DNA of 64,000 nucleotides from Eledone cirrhosa (Eukaryota): positions 290,098,001 to 290,162,000 of the forward strand of contig OZ024742.1 in assembly GCA_964016885.1 (NCBI GenBank), read 5' to 3'. Below are positions 1 through 14,942 of the stretch, in pieces. The notes beneath the pieces are model-generated. The model searched no databases and was not told where the DNA came from. It was given only the letters and a program-made list of their open reading frames with translations. Numbering within the stretch: the first letter of the stretch is position 1; every line of letters starts with the position of its first letter. Both the position numbers and the translations under genes were made by a program.

Positions 1-546
1 GGTCGAATTTAGCGTGGGGTTGTAGGTTAGGGTAGATAGAGGGAACATGGGGGGATGAGGTTGTAGGCGTGTATGGTATGCACATGACGATGTGTGGTGT
101 GGTGGTGATGGCGATGGTGTGATATGATCGACATTGTATTTACAAGGTCCCTTGTCATTGTGGATTGCAAGGTAGAACGTATCATATGGTACCGATTTAA
201 TACGATGTTGCAACTATGAGGTGTGTATGTTGATGTGAATTTTGGTGGTGGTGATGGTGATGTGTGCGGCATGATATACAAATGGGGGCTTAGAGATGGT
301 AACATGGAGTACAATACAATAAGTTCATTGAGGTGGGCGCTGTTGAGACGGGGTATAGGTGGTTATTAATATGGTGTGTCATGGTTAGTGTGATTTTTGG
401 TGTGGGTTATGTATGCGGCATGATATACAAAATACGGGCTTACATATGGTTAAATTCAATGCAATGAAATAAGATAAAGTGAAGTTAGATTAGAATTAAA
501 GTTCGTTGAGATGGGCGATGGTGATACGGGGGAGGTGTGGTTATTA

Positions 547-3147
547 TTATGGTGGGTCATGGTTAGTGCGTGGTCTTCCCGCGAAAGTTTGTGCAGAAAA
601 GGTGTGCATCCTAGTGTGTCTGCAATTGACAATTATGTCTGACCTATAGTTTATGGCGGAATCAAGTTTAATTATTTCCGCCGCCTCAGCTAGGCACAAT
701 CTGCAGTGGTTTCTGTCACTGGGGATGTATGCCACACGTCTTTTTACTGACCACGAGATCCGGGGTTCAATATTCCTGTCCTTGAGGTCCTAGATCAGAT
801 CGGCCAGTTTTGTTTGGGGTCGTTTCGAGCTATGTTTGAAGGAGCTTCTGTGGTTATACCAGCGCTCCTTAAACGTAGTGGATGTCGCACCTATATATGA
901 GTACTCCTTATTGCCGGCAGTGATATCGCACCGGTAAACAATATTCTTAACGAAGCACTCCCCGTTTAGTGGGCATTCGTCTCGTTTTTTGCAGTTGCAT
1001 TTGGGAGTAACTGGTGCGGTGCAACGTTGGCGGTTGGTGTCGTGCGGTGTTGGTGTGGTGTGTGTGTTGTTGTGTTGTGTTGTGTGTGTGGTTTCGTTCT
1101 GGGTTGTGGTGGTGGTTTGTTGGGGGGAAACCATGTGTTTTTGTATTTTGCCCTATTATTGTGTGCTATTGTGTGGCCTAGGTTTGGTGCTGTGGAGAAA
1201 GAGAATTTTACGGTGTGTTTATTGAAGAGCTTGTGGTATTTGTGTGTGTGTGGAAAAGATTGTTCGAGGGCCCTGAAAAAGGTTCCCGGTATGTTAGTGG
1301 CGACGTGTATAGAATAGGGAGGGGGGGTTATACCACGTGACAGGTCTACTTCGGTTTATGCGTTGTTTAGTGAGTTTGTGTGTGTTTTGGTCAGGCGTAT
1401 GTTTCAAATAGGTTCCAGGTAATCTATTGGCGTTATGTCCCTTGTCTCTATTGGTACGCAAATGTGTGCGATAGTCGGAGTTGTTATTGGGGCCGGAGAG
1501 TATGGCTTTATCTCCTAGACAGTTATGTGTGGTGCTGTCTGCGCTGCCGGCTAGGGGGCGTCTAAGGTTATTATGTGTCCTATGTGTGGAGGTTTCTTCC
1601 AAGTTCGTTTCTAAGGGTCTTGCTATGTTTAGCTGTGTTGCGGTTCTATTAGGGTTGATGTAAGAAATCTTCTCAGTATAACCAGCGTTTATAAGTGCGG
1701 AGTCATAGTATTCCGCGTGCTGCTTGAAGATGTTTTCGTTGGCCGACAGTGTGGACACTCTTTTGGAGACACTTTTAACTATAGAGTTAATTATGCTCTT
1801 AGAGTGGTTGGAGTGTCTATTGACGTTTCTAAGATTTTCATTAGGTTTGTAGTATGGACGGTAGAGGCCTGAGTCTAATTCTAGGGTGACGTCTAAGAAG
1901 TTAACTGTCCTGTTGTTGGGTTCAATTTCTACTGCTAAACCTTGGGTCTTAAAGATGTACCTAAGTCGTTTGTGTATTCTATTCAGTTGGCTGTTATTGA
2001 GTCCACGGGTCATTAGTAGGGCATCATCCCGGTATAAGCCGCCGCCCAAGGAGGGGATCTCGTCCGTTAATATGTTTAGGAGGTATATGCCTACTACATC
2101 TGTAACCTGTGCTGAGTCAGTCGATCCCATGGTGATGTCGAAGCTATCTGGTCTATTCTGTCGTTCCCAAAGTCTACCGTCGAATTCTAGTAAAGTTTTC
2201 CTAGCTGTTATTAATATGTCTACTTCTCTTCTAGTGAGGCTTGATCTGTTCATGGCTGAGATCAGTGCCTTGTTAAGGATGATTGGGGATATAGATGCGT
2301 AGTAGTTCATAATGTCCAATTGGACTAATCGAACATTCGACTTAGTTTCAATGGCACAAAACCAGTCTATTACCTCCTTTGTACAAAACCATAGGCTGAG
2401 TTTAGTTCTAATCTTAAGTTCAGGTAAGATTCGGTCAATGATTGATTTGCTAAGTCTACCAAGGTCCGATTTGGAGGGGGCTATGAGCCTGACCGGTAGT
2501 TTTGACTGAAAGTCCGGTTTATGGTCTTTAATTGATATTCTCGGTGTCCTAGGGTTGTAATACTCAGTTCGGTTGTAATACTCAGTTGCAATACTCAGTT
2601 GCAATACTCAGTTCGGTCATTATTGATTTCGCCTGTTTATTTGTGTGCTAGGTTTTCTCGTGTTGATGTTTTGTATATTTTAGAGATTTCGTTTGTAATG
2701 CATTTGTTGTAGGTTTTGTACTCTAAGTTATATAGGTTTCCAGTTTTATCCGCTGGTACAATAATCCCAGTGCTATTCTTGATCCTTTTTAAGGTAGAGG
2801 CGAGTCCGGACAGGAATGCACTTCTGTCAGGGTTTCGCGGTGGTTTCCTGAATCTAATTTTCCGGATCATGGTAATGATCCTGCTCTCAAATTCCTCAAG
2901 GAGTGGGTTGTGCGGTGGGTTTTTCGTTGATTTGAAAAGTCTTTTTATGTGGTTGGTGGGATTGTTAATTGATCCAGGGGCCCTCCTGTTGTTGTAGTGG
3001 TAGGCCCTCCAACGGATCCTTCTGATGAAATTGTTTGTCTGCTTTAGTAATAGGTTCATGTAGACATCTTCCGAAGCCAAAGGAATGTCCTTTAGGGAGG
3101 AAGTGTTGTAGAACAATTCCATGGTGTTCCGTGTAAGCGCTCGACAA
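547..3147 (-). mobile_element. Penelope-like element (RT + C-terminal GIY-YIG endonuclease), disrupted ORF
   Basis: ORF pieces 3122-2637 (MELFYNTSSLKDIP...IIVPADKTGN), 2604-1294 (KDHK, LDIMNYY, LYRDD, VNFLDVTL), 1134-790 (CNC...CPL, IVYRC...SYIG) and 735-547 (CRLCLAE...CRH). Short tandem repeat at ~2555-2617 breaks the frame; in-frame stop at 790. Confidence 0.92.
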
Positions 3148-3179
<32 letters not shown>

Positions 3180-3408
3180 ATATATATATAATATATATAT
3201 ATATAAGATATATATATATATAATATATATATAATATATATAATATATATATAATGTATATATATATAAGATATATATATATATATAATATATATATAAT
3301 ATATATATATACATATAATAAATATATAATATATATATATATAATATATATATACAATATATATATATATATATATAATATATATATATACAATATAATA
3401 TATATATA

Positions 3409-3472
<64 letters not shown>

Positions 3473-3571
3473 TATAATATACATATATATATATATATAT
3501 AATATATATATAATATATTTATATATATATATATAATATATATATATATACATATAATATAAATATATACA

Positions 3572-3661
<90 letters not shown>

Positions 3662-3747
3662 TATATATATACAATATATATATATATATAATATATATAC
3701 ATATAATATATATATATACAATATATATATATATATAATATATGTAT

Positions 3748-3825
<78 letters not shown>

Positions 3826-3830
3826 ATTAT

Positions 3831-3902
<72 letters not shown>
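3148..3902. repeat. (TA)n-derived microsatellite array
   Basis: Almost pure TA with occasional C or extra A. Confidence 0.98.
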
Positions 3903-3903
<1 letters not shown>

Positions 3904-3943
3904 GATATTAAACAAATGGAAACTATATTTATAAAACCATATT

Positions 3944-4009
3944 TATTTCATTATACATATTTCGGGGATACCATATTAAAAATATGGCATGCCTTCTTCA
4001 GATAAAATA
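3944..4009 (-). ncRNA. Type I hammerhead ribozyme motif (family A)
   Basis: Minus strand: TATTTTAT-CTGAAGA-AGGCATGCCATATT..AATATGGTATCCCC-GAAA-TATGTA-TA-ATGAAATA. Stems I and II pair, though the base of stem II is imperfect. Confidence 0.75.
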
Positions 4010-5825
4010 CAATATATAAACATTTTATAAATAATTTTGACGTACCATAAATATTAACCAACCGTTATGTAAAAAGCTGGTTTGGTAGTGAGATGTTTAC
4101 AAATATTTAGTGTTAAGCACAGTTAAAAAGAAAGACAGAGAAAAAGAAGAAATGTATGTAAAGAAAAACAGAGAGAAATAGAGAGAGATAGGGGAGAGAG
4201 AAATAGTGAGGAGGTGAAAAAAGAGATGCAGCTGAGGCAACAGATGAATAATAATAATTCATCATACAAATTGAGAGATTTAGGAGGGAGGGTGTACTGT
4301 AATTATTTAGTTATAGTGTTAAGGACAGTTGGGGAGGGGGCGGAGAGAAAATAAGAAATGAAGAGAAAACAGAGAGAGAGAAAGATAGAGGTGGGGGGAG
4401 AATAGAGGTAGCCCAAATAATAATAATTATATATGGGGAGGTGAGAGAAATAGGAGAGAAATGAGAGAGAAACAAGAGAGAAACTCGAGAGGCAAAGTTA
4501 AAACAACCGATACATAGATTTCATCATATATAAAGAGGGAGGAGAAGAAAGAGCTATATCTAGAGAGAGGGATGATAGATTTACATCTTTACGTTATGTC
4601 CTATCAATTTGAATTATCAATTCATATGAATTGGGTAATATAATGTAAATATCAATATTCATGAATGAGACATAGATATATAATGTGTGAAAATAATTTT
4701 GCTCAACAATGACCATATGTTTAGTTTAAAAATTCTGAGGTCGATGTACCAAAACTGAGATAAAACTTCAAAAAATACGGAAATATACATACACATGCAT
4801 ATGCATTTTCCGGAAAAGGAAAGAAAGAGAAAAAGAGAAGGTCATCTCAAGTTCTAGTTGACACTATAGACATACCCATGATTTTACGTGATCAACTCTG
4901 TAATTTCTTGTTTCACAGAAAAATTTTTTTTTCTTTGTGTTATAAAAGATTTTACTATATATATATATACATAAAAAAAAATATTAATATTCTTGCCCTC
5001 ACATACATGATTATCGTTCATGTATAGAATATTATGCATATCTGTAACATATCCAGAACTATACCCACACATACATATATATATATATGTATGCACACGT
5101 ATATGTACAGATATCAATATATCAGCACAGAGATATCAAAACGTTAAAAATATTTTCATCACTCCCTAGAGTATCTCGGGCCGTAAAAAACACAGTATGC
5201 CCCCCATATCAACCACAGAAATCTACCCTTCCAATTTATCTGACACTATATTGCCAAGTTCATTAGAAGCAATCAGAATCAAAAAGCAAACAAAAAATCA
5301 AAAATTATTCAACAAAACCCATTTAGCAGAAATCATTTAAAGGATTTAGGAGACCCTGTTGTTCTACGGATGCTTTTATATTTAGTATAGAAGTTTATCT
5401 AGCGTAAAATTTATTCAATAGATTTATTCATCTACATTTTAGGGTAGTTTAATTACATCATTAGTATATATTTATAAAGAAGGTTTAAAAGAAAAAGTTG
5501 AAGGAATCGAAAGATTTATCGTCAGGTTTCATACATTAATTAAATATCCTAATTAATTATGCGACATTTTAAATTTATATTTATATTTTAACGTTGAGTT
5601 CAATCTATGTCTGCAGCAACTGAATAAATTGCTCCTTAAATTAAGGGAATTTTAGGATTTTAATATAAAGAATATCTCCTCCACACAGAGGTCACATGTC
5701 TCAGATGAGGAATTAAAAGGAATCCCTCTTGAGACAATATTCCAAAACATCGAATACCCAACGTTATCATGTTTAAGTTGCCAGAGTAAGCCTGATAGTG
5801 AAGTTGAGGAGATCCAAACAAAAAA

Positions 5826-6330
5826 TCCTCAACTTCACTATCAGGCTTGATGTCTAAGAAGATGTCTAAGAAGTGGACGTGGGTGGTGGAGATAGAGGTG
5901 GTGAAGTGGAGGGAGGGGTGGAAGGAGCAGAAGAAGGATAGAAAGGAGTCGAGCTGTTCTCGGGTGAGGGTCGTGGCTCCGATACAGTCGTCAATGTAAC
6001 GACCGTACAGTTCGGGCGTGGGGCCGGTGTACTGGGCAAAGATTTGGGCCTCAACATGGCCAACAAAAAGGTTGGCATAGTTTGGGCCCATTCTTGTACC
6101 CATGGCTACCCCCGTGACCTGTTGGTAAAACTCACCCGAGAAGGAGAAACAGTTGAGGGTGAGGACCAGCTCGGCTAGGCGAAGATGGGTGGGGGTGGAG
6201 GGGATGGGGGAGGGGCGAAGGTCGAGGTAGTGTTTGAGGGCGCGTAGGCCGTCGGCGTGGGGGATGACGCTATAGAGGGACTTGATGTCTAGGGTGAAGA
6301 GGAAGGGCTGTGGGCCGGGTGGGTAGGTTA
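5826..6330 (-). mobile_element. Penelope-like RT internal fragment
   Basis: GVAMGTRMGPNYANLFVG...YGRYIDD...FHPSLHFT...FLDI; upstream FTLDIKSLYSVIP. Confidence 0.85.
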
Positions 6331-6575
6331 AGGATATATATATATATATATATTTCGTTTCTGAATTTGTTTAGCAAGATTCTTTATCTGAAATCGTGTG
6401 TTGAAACCGATATTGTTATACTTTGGGAGGGTCATGTTGCCAATAAGAAACACACGCACCAGTTGCTTTCACTTCAATTTATTATATATTTATAAATTTA
6501 TAAATTTACAAATCTACAAACTTATAAATTTCTGGTTGGTTGGTTGGTTCCACAACCAGATAGGTGTTTATATAT

Positions 6576-6620
6576 AGTCATAGTCCTTTCGTCACACACT
6601 CTGTGACCTCTTCAGTGACT
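6576..6620 (-). ncRNA. Hammerhead ribozyme in PLE pLTR
   Basis: AGTCA-CTGAAGA-GGTCAC..GTGAC-GAAA-GGAC-TA-TGACT. Confidence 0.85.
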
Positions 6621-9600
6621 GGGGATTCCTTTCTTTGTTTCTGTGCCTTTCCTTTCTTCTGTCCTACGCCATTTTGTTTCTGTGTGTGTGTTGTGTGCTC
6701 AGTTTGCGCATGCGCCACATCCGGGTGTCTGTGTGTGTTTGTGTTCATTTATCTATTTGTTTATTTATTTATTTATTTATTTACATGTTGTTGGTTGGTT
6801 GTTTGTTCTATGTGTGTGTGTGTTTTCATTTTGTCCTTAATTGTAAGTTGTGATGTTGCTGTTCCACTCATATTTTCTATTTAATTTTGGTTGTAATTCT
6901 TTTATGCTTACTGCCTCTGTAATTTGCCTAAACATTTCATCTTTTCTGTGTGCGGATTCTATTTTTATTTCTATGTTCTCTAATTTACCCTTGTGCTCTA
7001 TCTTAGCATGTTGGTAGAGCACAGATGATTCTTTATTATCTTGAAGGTCTCGCCAGTGTTCATTTATTCGTTCCCCTATACTACGAGCTGTCTCACCTAT
7101 GTACACTATATTTTTGTTTCTACATTGTCCTTCAGTACATCTTATGCTATACACTACATTTCTAGTTTTACAGTTAATATGGGGGCTTATTTTACAGGTT
7201 ATACATTTCTTATCTATACATGAGGGTCTTTGGAACGGGTATGTCTTGCTAATAAGTGTTTTTACGGAGGTACCTGGTCTTTCTACTATCTTAATATTGA
7301 GTTTATGTTTATTTAGGGCCCTTCTAAATTTGTAGGCTAGTTCGCCTCTAGGGGTTGTATTGATGAACATTACACTCTGGTATTTATTGCTATCATACCA
7401 TGAGTTTATTCTATTGGCCTTGTTCCTAGTTCTTTCTATTCTATTCCAAAATTTGCTCCTATACAAGGGGCAGGTCCCATTTATGTCATTATTTACCATT
7501 TTTTCCCATTTGGTTCTGGCTCCTCTATACACTCTGATTTTATCTCTCTGATTGTAGCCAGAGAACTGCATACGGTGGATGAAGTGTTGTATGTGTCTCT
7601 CTAGTTCTTCGGGGTTGCACATGCGGGACACATTTCTCATCACCCGTACCAAATCCGCAATCAGTATGTTGATTTTGGTATGGTCCGAAATGGCCGAGTT
7701 TCGGTGGATCATATGTTTGGAAGTCATAGGTTTGGCATAATGGGAATGGAGGATTTGTTTTTGGTTGTTAATGGTATCTAACCAGAGCTCTGTGTCTAGT
7801 ACAGGTAATCGATGGTTGGGGTGTCTACTTGGGAAGTCTATAGTAACTCTAATGCTCTGGTGGATGGAGTTTGCTATTTGCTGGATGCTTTCCATTGTGT
7901 TTTTCTCTAGTTCTTTAGTGGGGGTGTCTTTAGTGGGGGTGTCTTTAGTGGGGGTGTCTTAACTACGATGTTTATATCATCTACGTAGCGGGAGTACATT
8001 ATCAGGGTTAAGCTGTCTTCTAATTGTTCTTTAAATTTTTGTTTAAGTCTACTGTCCCACCATACCATTAATAAGTTAGCTATGTCGCCTGCAATGCTAA
8101 CACCAATGGCTGCTCCTTCCTCTTGGGCATATGTTTTACCATTAAATTTGAACATATGTTCCTTAAGGGTTAATTTTATGCTGGCCCCTACCGCATGTGC
8201 AATCATTTTCTTCAGTTCATCGTGGTTTTCGGGTGTCCGTATGGCTCTGGTCCACCCGTTCCATCTATCTGTGTGGGTTTTCTTGGCCATTGAGGTAATG
8301 GTAGGTGGTCTGCCTCTTGCTGGTCTTGTAGGGCACAGGTTGCTAAGGTCATAAGTGTCTAGGTAACTATTACTATGGGTAAGCTTAAGTAGAAGTCCCA
8401 GCTCACTGGTATCAATCCCACGGAACTCAACCTTGCTCTCGCTGATCATTTCTACGCATTTCGCCACAGCAAAATCCACGTCAACAGATGGATACAGGGA
8501 CACAACATCCATACTGCCTATTATGCAGTTTGTTAGGTCCCCAGATCGGTTACTCACGCCGATCTGCTGAGGAGGTCCTCCGTGCTGTCACATACATCTG
8601 GGGACATCTCAATGATGGGGCATATGATCAGGGAGAGGAAGTAGGACAGTCTGTAGTTACTAGCAATGTTAGCTCCACAGACTGGCCGTGTTGGTGGTCC
8701 CGCGACAGGGTCACAGCCCGTTTTATGGTCTTTTCGAAGCCCATACAACGCCGGCACGTCATTGTTCCAGGCCTGGAAGTTGTTGGCAGTCCTTTTGTTG
8801 GGCTGCATTATATTCGTCCACATCACCATATGGGCATTTAGGGCTTTTTCTCTATCCTCATGCTCCTGTGGTGTTACCTCTCTTGTGTTAGTGATGTGGG
8901 GTTGCATTGCCTGGATGTAGTTTGGCAGGCTGTCAACCGACATTCTGCCAGACTTGTCTGTTGGAAAGCATGCTATCTCTCCATTACGTGAGCGCTGCAT
9001 GAGCTTACGCAAGCCATTTGCAGATTTTTCTCCCAGTTGTTGGGCCTCTATTCTATTATGCTTCTTGCTATACTGTTCTATAATATTTCTAAGTTCGGAT
9101 TTAGCTATACTAAATTGTGCTTCTGTTTGTTCATCGACCTGCGACGGCAACTGCGTGCGTTTGTTAAATGGTAAAGTCGTGGCGTGGACTCGTCGCAGGT
9201 CGAATGATTTATCGGAGGGATTATAAAACGGAGAGTTCCAGGCTGCTGCTTTATGTGTACTAGTGCTATTGTTATTGTTAGTTGTGTTGTTTCTATTTCT
9301 ATTTCCACCAACAGCCTCATGGTTGTTTCTATGTCTCTCATAATTACTCCTGTCTCTTTCCACTGGCTCAATGTTGTTATCTACCCTATTTTGTGTGTCT
9401 GTGTGTTCGTCTTGGTTATTCTCTTTGTCCTTAGTCTCTCATCTCCTTTTCCTTTTAATCTTATTACTTTCCCTTATTTCTCTGATTTCTGTGCTACTGT
9501 CATTACTTGTTTTCTGTGTCTGTGTGTTTGTTAAGATTGTGGTGGTGGTGAGAGGCATTGAATGCGTGTGTGTTGTTGTTGTTGATGTGTACTGTTGTTG

Positions 9601-10936
9601 ACGTGTGTTGTTGTTGTCTCCGTGTGTGTTATCGTTGTTGTGTGTGTTGTTATTGTTGTTTGTGTCTGCGTGTCTGTTGTTGTTGTTTCTGGGTATGTTG
9701 CTATTGTTGTTGTTGTTGATGTGTGTGTTGTTGTTATTGTTGTTTGTGTCTGTGTGTCTGTTGTTGTTGGGATGTGTGTTGTATATGTGTGTGCGTATAT
9801 TGTTGCTTTTGTTTTGTTTTTGTTTTTGATGCTCCAGCGTAGTTTTGTAAGTGATTTTTCTATTTCTGACAGACAACTAATCATATTTACCTTCTTGAAT
9901 GTCGCAAATTTGGGCGGCAGACATAACACAGACATTTCATCATTATCTATTTTAGCGTTCCCATAAATGTTGGTGTTTTTGTTGTTGAACTCTTCTGATA
10001 ATGAGGTGTCGGCCATGTTGATACCGTCAATTTTGTCGGGATATCTATTGGTATACTCTATAGTATCCTGATTTAGCTTTGCCTGTTTAAGCCACTTTAG
10101 TTTCCTGTTAAAGTGCTTATCACATTCTTGAGTAATGTACTGTTCTTCGGGGCGTATAAGGCTTATAAATATTATTTTTTCTGTTGGTGTGGTGATATAC
10201 AACCCCTAGAGGCGAACTAGCCTACAAATTTAGAAGGGCCCTAAATAAACATAAACTCAATATTAAGATAGTAGAAAGACCAGGTACCTCCGTAAAAACA
10301 CTTATTAGCAAGACATACCCGTTCCAAAGACCCTCATGTATAGATAAGAAATGTATAACCTGTAAAATAAGCCCCCATATTAACTGTAAAACTAGAAATG
10401 TAGTGTATAGCATAAGATGTACTGAAGGACAATGTAAAAACAAAAATATAGTGTACATAGGTGAGACAGCTCGTAGTATAGGGGAACGAATAAATGAACA
10501 CTGGCGAGACCTTCAAGATAATAAAGAATCATCTGTGCTCTACCAACATGCTAAGATAGAGCACAAGGGTAAATTAGAGAACATAGAAATAAAAATAGAA
10601 TCCGCACACAGAAAAGATGAAATGTTTAGGCAAATTACAGAGGCAGTAAGCATAAAAGAATTACAACCAAAATTAAATAGAAAATATGAGTGGAACAGCA
10701 ACATCACAACTTACAATTAAGGACAAAATGAAAACACACACACACATAGAACAAACAACCAACCAACAACATGTAAATAAATAAATAAATAAATAAACAA
10801 ATAGATAAATGAACACAAACACACACAGACACCCGGATGTGGCGCATGCGCAAACTGAGCACACAACACACACATAGAAACAAAATGGCGTAGGACAGAA
10901 GAAAGGAAAGGCACAGAAACAAAGCAAGGAATCCCC

Positions 10937-10981
10937 AGTCACTGAAGAGGTCACAGAATGTGTGACGAAAGGACTATGACT
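10937..10981 (+). ncRNA. Hammerhead ribozyme in inverted PLE pLTR
   Basis: AGTCA-CTGAAGA-GGTCACAGAATGTGTGAC-GAAA-GGAC-TA-TGACT. Confidence 0.85.
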
Positions 10982-11344
10982 ATATATAAGCAACTATCTG
11001 GTTGTGGAACCAACCAACCAACCAGAAATTTATAAGTTTGTAGATTTGTAAATTTATAAATTTATAAATATATAATAAATTGAAGTGAAAGCAACTGGTG
11101 CGTGTGTTTCTTATTGGCAACATGACCCTCCCAAAGTATAACAATATATATATATATATATATATACTTCTCGAAAAACCTGGCATTTCGAGCCACTTTT
11201 TCCATATAAAACAAGTAACATTGAGAGACCAACTAGATGTGAGAAAAACCACAGACCCTCCATCTCAACTCTACTTTTGAAAATCAGAAGAACTGCGAAA
11301 CTGGTAAAGAAACGAAATAAATATATATATTTTTTTAAAAATAA

Positions 11345-11636
11345 GACTCCAGTTGCATTTTCGATTTCATCTTTATTTCTTTATACTTTCACTTGTGTAG
11401 GACACCTCGGTTATTTTTCATTTTGTAAAAAAAAACCTCACTTTCTAATATATATATATATAATATATATATATAACATATATATATATATATATATATA
11501 TGACTCCAGTTGCATTTTCGATTTCATCTTTATTTCTTTATACTTTCACTCGTGTAGGACACCTCGGTTATTTTTCATTTTGTAAAAAAAAACCTCACTT
11601 TCTAATATATATATATATAATATATATATATATATA

Positions 11637-11717
<81 letters not shown>

Positions 11718-12146
11718 ATAATATAATATATATATACAATATAATATAATATATATATACAATATAATATATATATATACAATATAATATAATATATAGA
11801 TACAATATAATATATATATACAATATAATATAATATAATATATATATATACAATATAATATAATATATATACAATATAATATAATATATATATATATACA
11901 ATATAATATAATATATATATATATATACAATATAATATATATATAATATATATATATAATATAATATATATATATAATATAATATAGATATACAATATAA
12001 TATATATATGGTATAATATATATATAATATACATATATATATAATATACATATATATATATATATATATGGTATAATATATATATAATATACATATATAT
12101 ATAATATACATATATATATATATATATATGGTATAATATATATATA

Positions 12147-12215
<69 letters not shown>

Positions 12216-12240
12216 TATAATATATAATATATATATATAT
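11345..12240. repeat. ~100-bp direct duplication (11345-11450 / 11503-11605) followed by degenerate (TA)n array
   Basis: GACTCCAGTTGCATTTTCG...CACTTTCTAA occurs twice, then TA/TATAA arrays. Confidence 0.9.
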
Positions 12241-13123
12241 AAAACTGAGGATGTGTCTGTGTGTGTGATTTTGAATCCCTAAAACTAGAGAAGCACCCAA
12301 CCGACTGTTTTCAAACTTTACACATGTAATACTTATGTTTCAGGGAATCTTATGAGCACAAAAATGTTCAAATTTTCAATGCCCTAGGGACCGCATTAGG
12401 CGATTTAACGATCACTCTCTATAATTCTTAGTCTTTCTTTTTTTTAGATACATACATATAACATCGCACCCTTATAAAATCTATTTGTATGTCTGGCTGT
12501 CTGCATTACGTCACTTCCCTGAGGATGTCTGTGTGTGTGTGTGGCTGTGAGTTTGAATCCCTAAAACGCGAGAAGTACCAAACTGATTCTTTTCAAACTA
12601 TACATGTCTTACTTATGTTTCAGGGTGTGTTATGCACATAAAAAATTCAATCTTTTTAACCCCATAGGGCCCGCATTAGGTGAAAAACTGCGTTTTTTCA
12701 GGTTTTTAGGGTTTATTTGAGGCGTTGCGTAAGACACATTTTCCTTGAAATTGTAACTATGTATTAGTCAGTCTCTTTTTCATACCGTGAGCAAAGAAAA
12801 TCCAACTTTTTTATGGCCTAGGTGAAAAACTTCCTTTTTTTTCAGCTCTTTAGGGCTTTTTGGAGGTGTTACGTCTAGACGCTTTTCCCGAAATTTCAAG
12901 GCATATTATGCACATAAAAAAAATTATTTTCTTGATCCCCTAGGTGAAAACCTGCATTTTTCCTCCTTCATCGAGGAAAATCTTAAAGATTATCCAGCCA
13001 TCACAGTATTCGGTTTATTTTCTTTACATATTGCCCAGGCATGCAGTTTTTCCACGATTAGGTCTGTTGGTGGACCGCGTTCCAAAATACCTTATCCCGT
13101 GCAACGCCGGGAACCACTGCTAG
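12232..13123 (+). mobile_element. Non-autonomous Helitron-like element
   Basis: 5' TATATAAAACTGAGGATGTGTCTGTGTG, internally duplicated at ~12520; 3' hairpin CCCGTGCAACGCCGGG then ...CTGCTAG|T. Confidence 0.75.
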
Positions 13124-13148
13124 TATATAATATATATATATATATATA

Positions 13149-13215
<67 letters not shown>

Positions 13216-13218
<3 letters not shown>

Positions 13219-13833
13219 TCATCATCATCATCATCATCACCGTTTTACGTCCGTTCTTCCACGCTAGCATGGGTTAGACGGGTTGTCCTGTTGTGGGCAG
13301 TGTCTGGTCGGCTGACCATGCCTTGCTCATACAGGAATTGATCTGGCTTGGTTTCTACAGCTGGATGCCCTTCCTAACACCAACCTCATTTACAGTGAGT
13401 GCTGGGTGCTTTTTCGTGGCGCCTATACGTCCACTTTACAGTGTGGGCTGGGTGCTTTTTTGCCGTGGCACCTCCACGACCACCTTGCGGTGGGGGGAGT
13501 GGGGGCATATTGTTTATATGCTTCAGCATGTACCCATGGGAGGTCGGGTACCCTGTATTACTGCGTGACGCCAGAAGTCACGGTCGTGTGTCATTGTCTT
13601 TGAGAGGTGTAGTTGGGTAAGGTCGGCTTTTATCACCTCATCCCAAGTCATCTTGGGTCTCCCCACTCCGCGGTTTCCATCAACTTCTAGTGCTCTGCAC
13701 CTTTTTATGCAGCTGTCATCCTTCATACGCATCACATGTCCATACCAGCGTAACCGCCTCTCCTGCACGCAGCATTTCATTCCTCTTATGCTCAGTCTCT
13801 CTCTCAATTCCTTTATGCTTTGTCGTTCACGTA
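13216..13833 (-). mobile_element. RTE LINE 3' fragment with (ATG)n tail
   Basis: [19 protein letters not shown]; 3' UTR and GATGATGAT tail. Confidence 0.92.
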
Positions 13834-14809
13834 AATAATAATAACTAGAGATTGATTAACATATAAAAATACATGAATAATCACAGGAGATAATTTAAGC
13901 TTGCGTGTAACCGCGCATAGCTAGTTTAGGCAATATTTACATTTAAGTGTGATTAACTTTCCTTGTATATATCCCATTAAAAAATATATTTCACCAATTA
14001 ATCAGATGGTAAGTCACGGAAAGTGGATATTATTGGATTGTCAACAAGGAAATACATAATTTCCAGCTATTCGTGCTTACAGAGTGAGATCAAATCTTCA
14101 ACTATCCGTCACCACGTGTTGCGTGCACACAAGATAGCGGTTTCGTTTTAGTGGCGTGAAAAGGTATTCGACAACTAGAAATAGCAGTCAAAATTCTTCT
14201 CAACAGAAATAGCTCTACAATTAAGGAGCCGTATATATATATCTAAGTCCAAAATTAAGATAAATGTATCAAATGAATTTAATCTAAATCGAAATCATGG
14301 GTGTCATGACATAATGCATGCGCCATATATCCTGAGAATTTAAGCTCAAAGATAAATAAATCTGAGCATATTATAATAACTAGAGATTGATTAACATATA
14401 AAAATACATGAATAATCACAGGAGATAATTTAAGCTTGCGTGTAACCGCGCATAGCTAGTTTAGGCAATATTTACCTTTAAGTGTGATTAACTTTCCTTG
14501 TATATATCCCATTAAAGAAATATATTTCACCAATTTCTTTAATGGGATATATACAAGGAAAGTTAATCACACTTAAAGGTAAATATTGCCTAAACTAGCT
14601 ATGCGCGGTTACACGCAAGCTTAAATTATCTCCTGTGATTATTCATGTATTTTTATATGTTAATCAATCTCTAGTTATTATAATATGCTCAGATTTATTT
14701 ATCTTTGAGCTTAAATTCTCAGGATATATGGCGCATGCATTATGTCATGACACCCATGATTTTGATTTAGATTAAATTCATTTGATTCATTTATCTTAAT
14801 TTTGGACTC

Positions 14810-14815
<6 letters not shown>
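13834..14815. repeat. Palindromic duplication: 14232-14520 inverted at 14534-14815; 13834-13995 is a direct copy of 14373-14534
   Basis: Direct sequence comparison, near-identical arms. Confidence 0.88.
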
Positions 14816-14882
<67 letters not shown>

Positions 14883-14911
14883 TATATAATTAATATATAT
14901 ATATATATATA

Positions 14912-14942
<31 letters not shown>

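Larger units (their letters stand above)
6352..11146 (-). mobile_element. Penelope-like element with inverted 3' duplication (inverted pLTR)
   Basis: Frameshifted ORF 10202-6837: RKDHK, SMDVVSLYPS, YSRYVDD, LPVLD, Cys linker, VVY..C..VYIGET..R GIY-YIG. Segment ~10197-11146 (+) is a near-identical inverted copy of ~6410-7360. Both ends abut (TA)n. Confidence 0.93.

Noticed and set aside
3092-4005. Long Ile/Tyr-rich ORFs (also 11546-12300, 32426-33027, 37089-37509)
   Set aside because: Translations of (TA)n microsatellites
5250-5660. Possible mitochondrial insertion (NUMT)
   Set aside because: AT-rich, but no recognisable rRNA, tRNA or protein motifs
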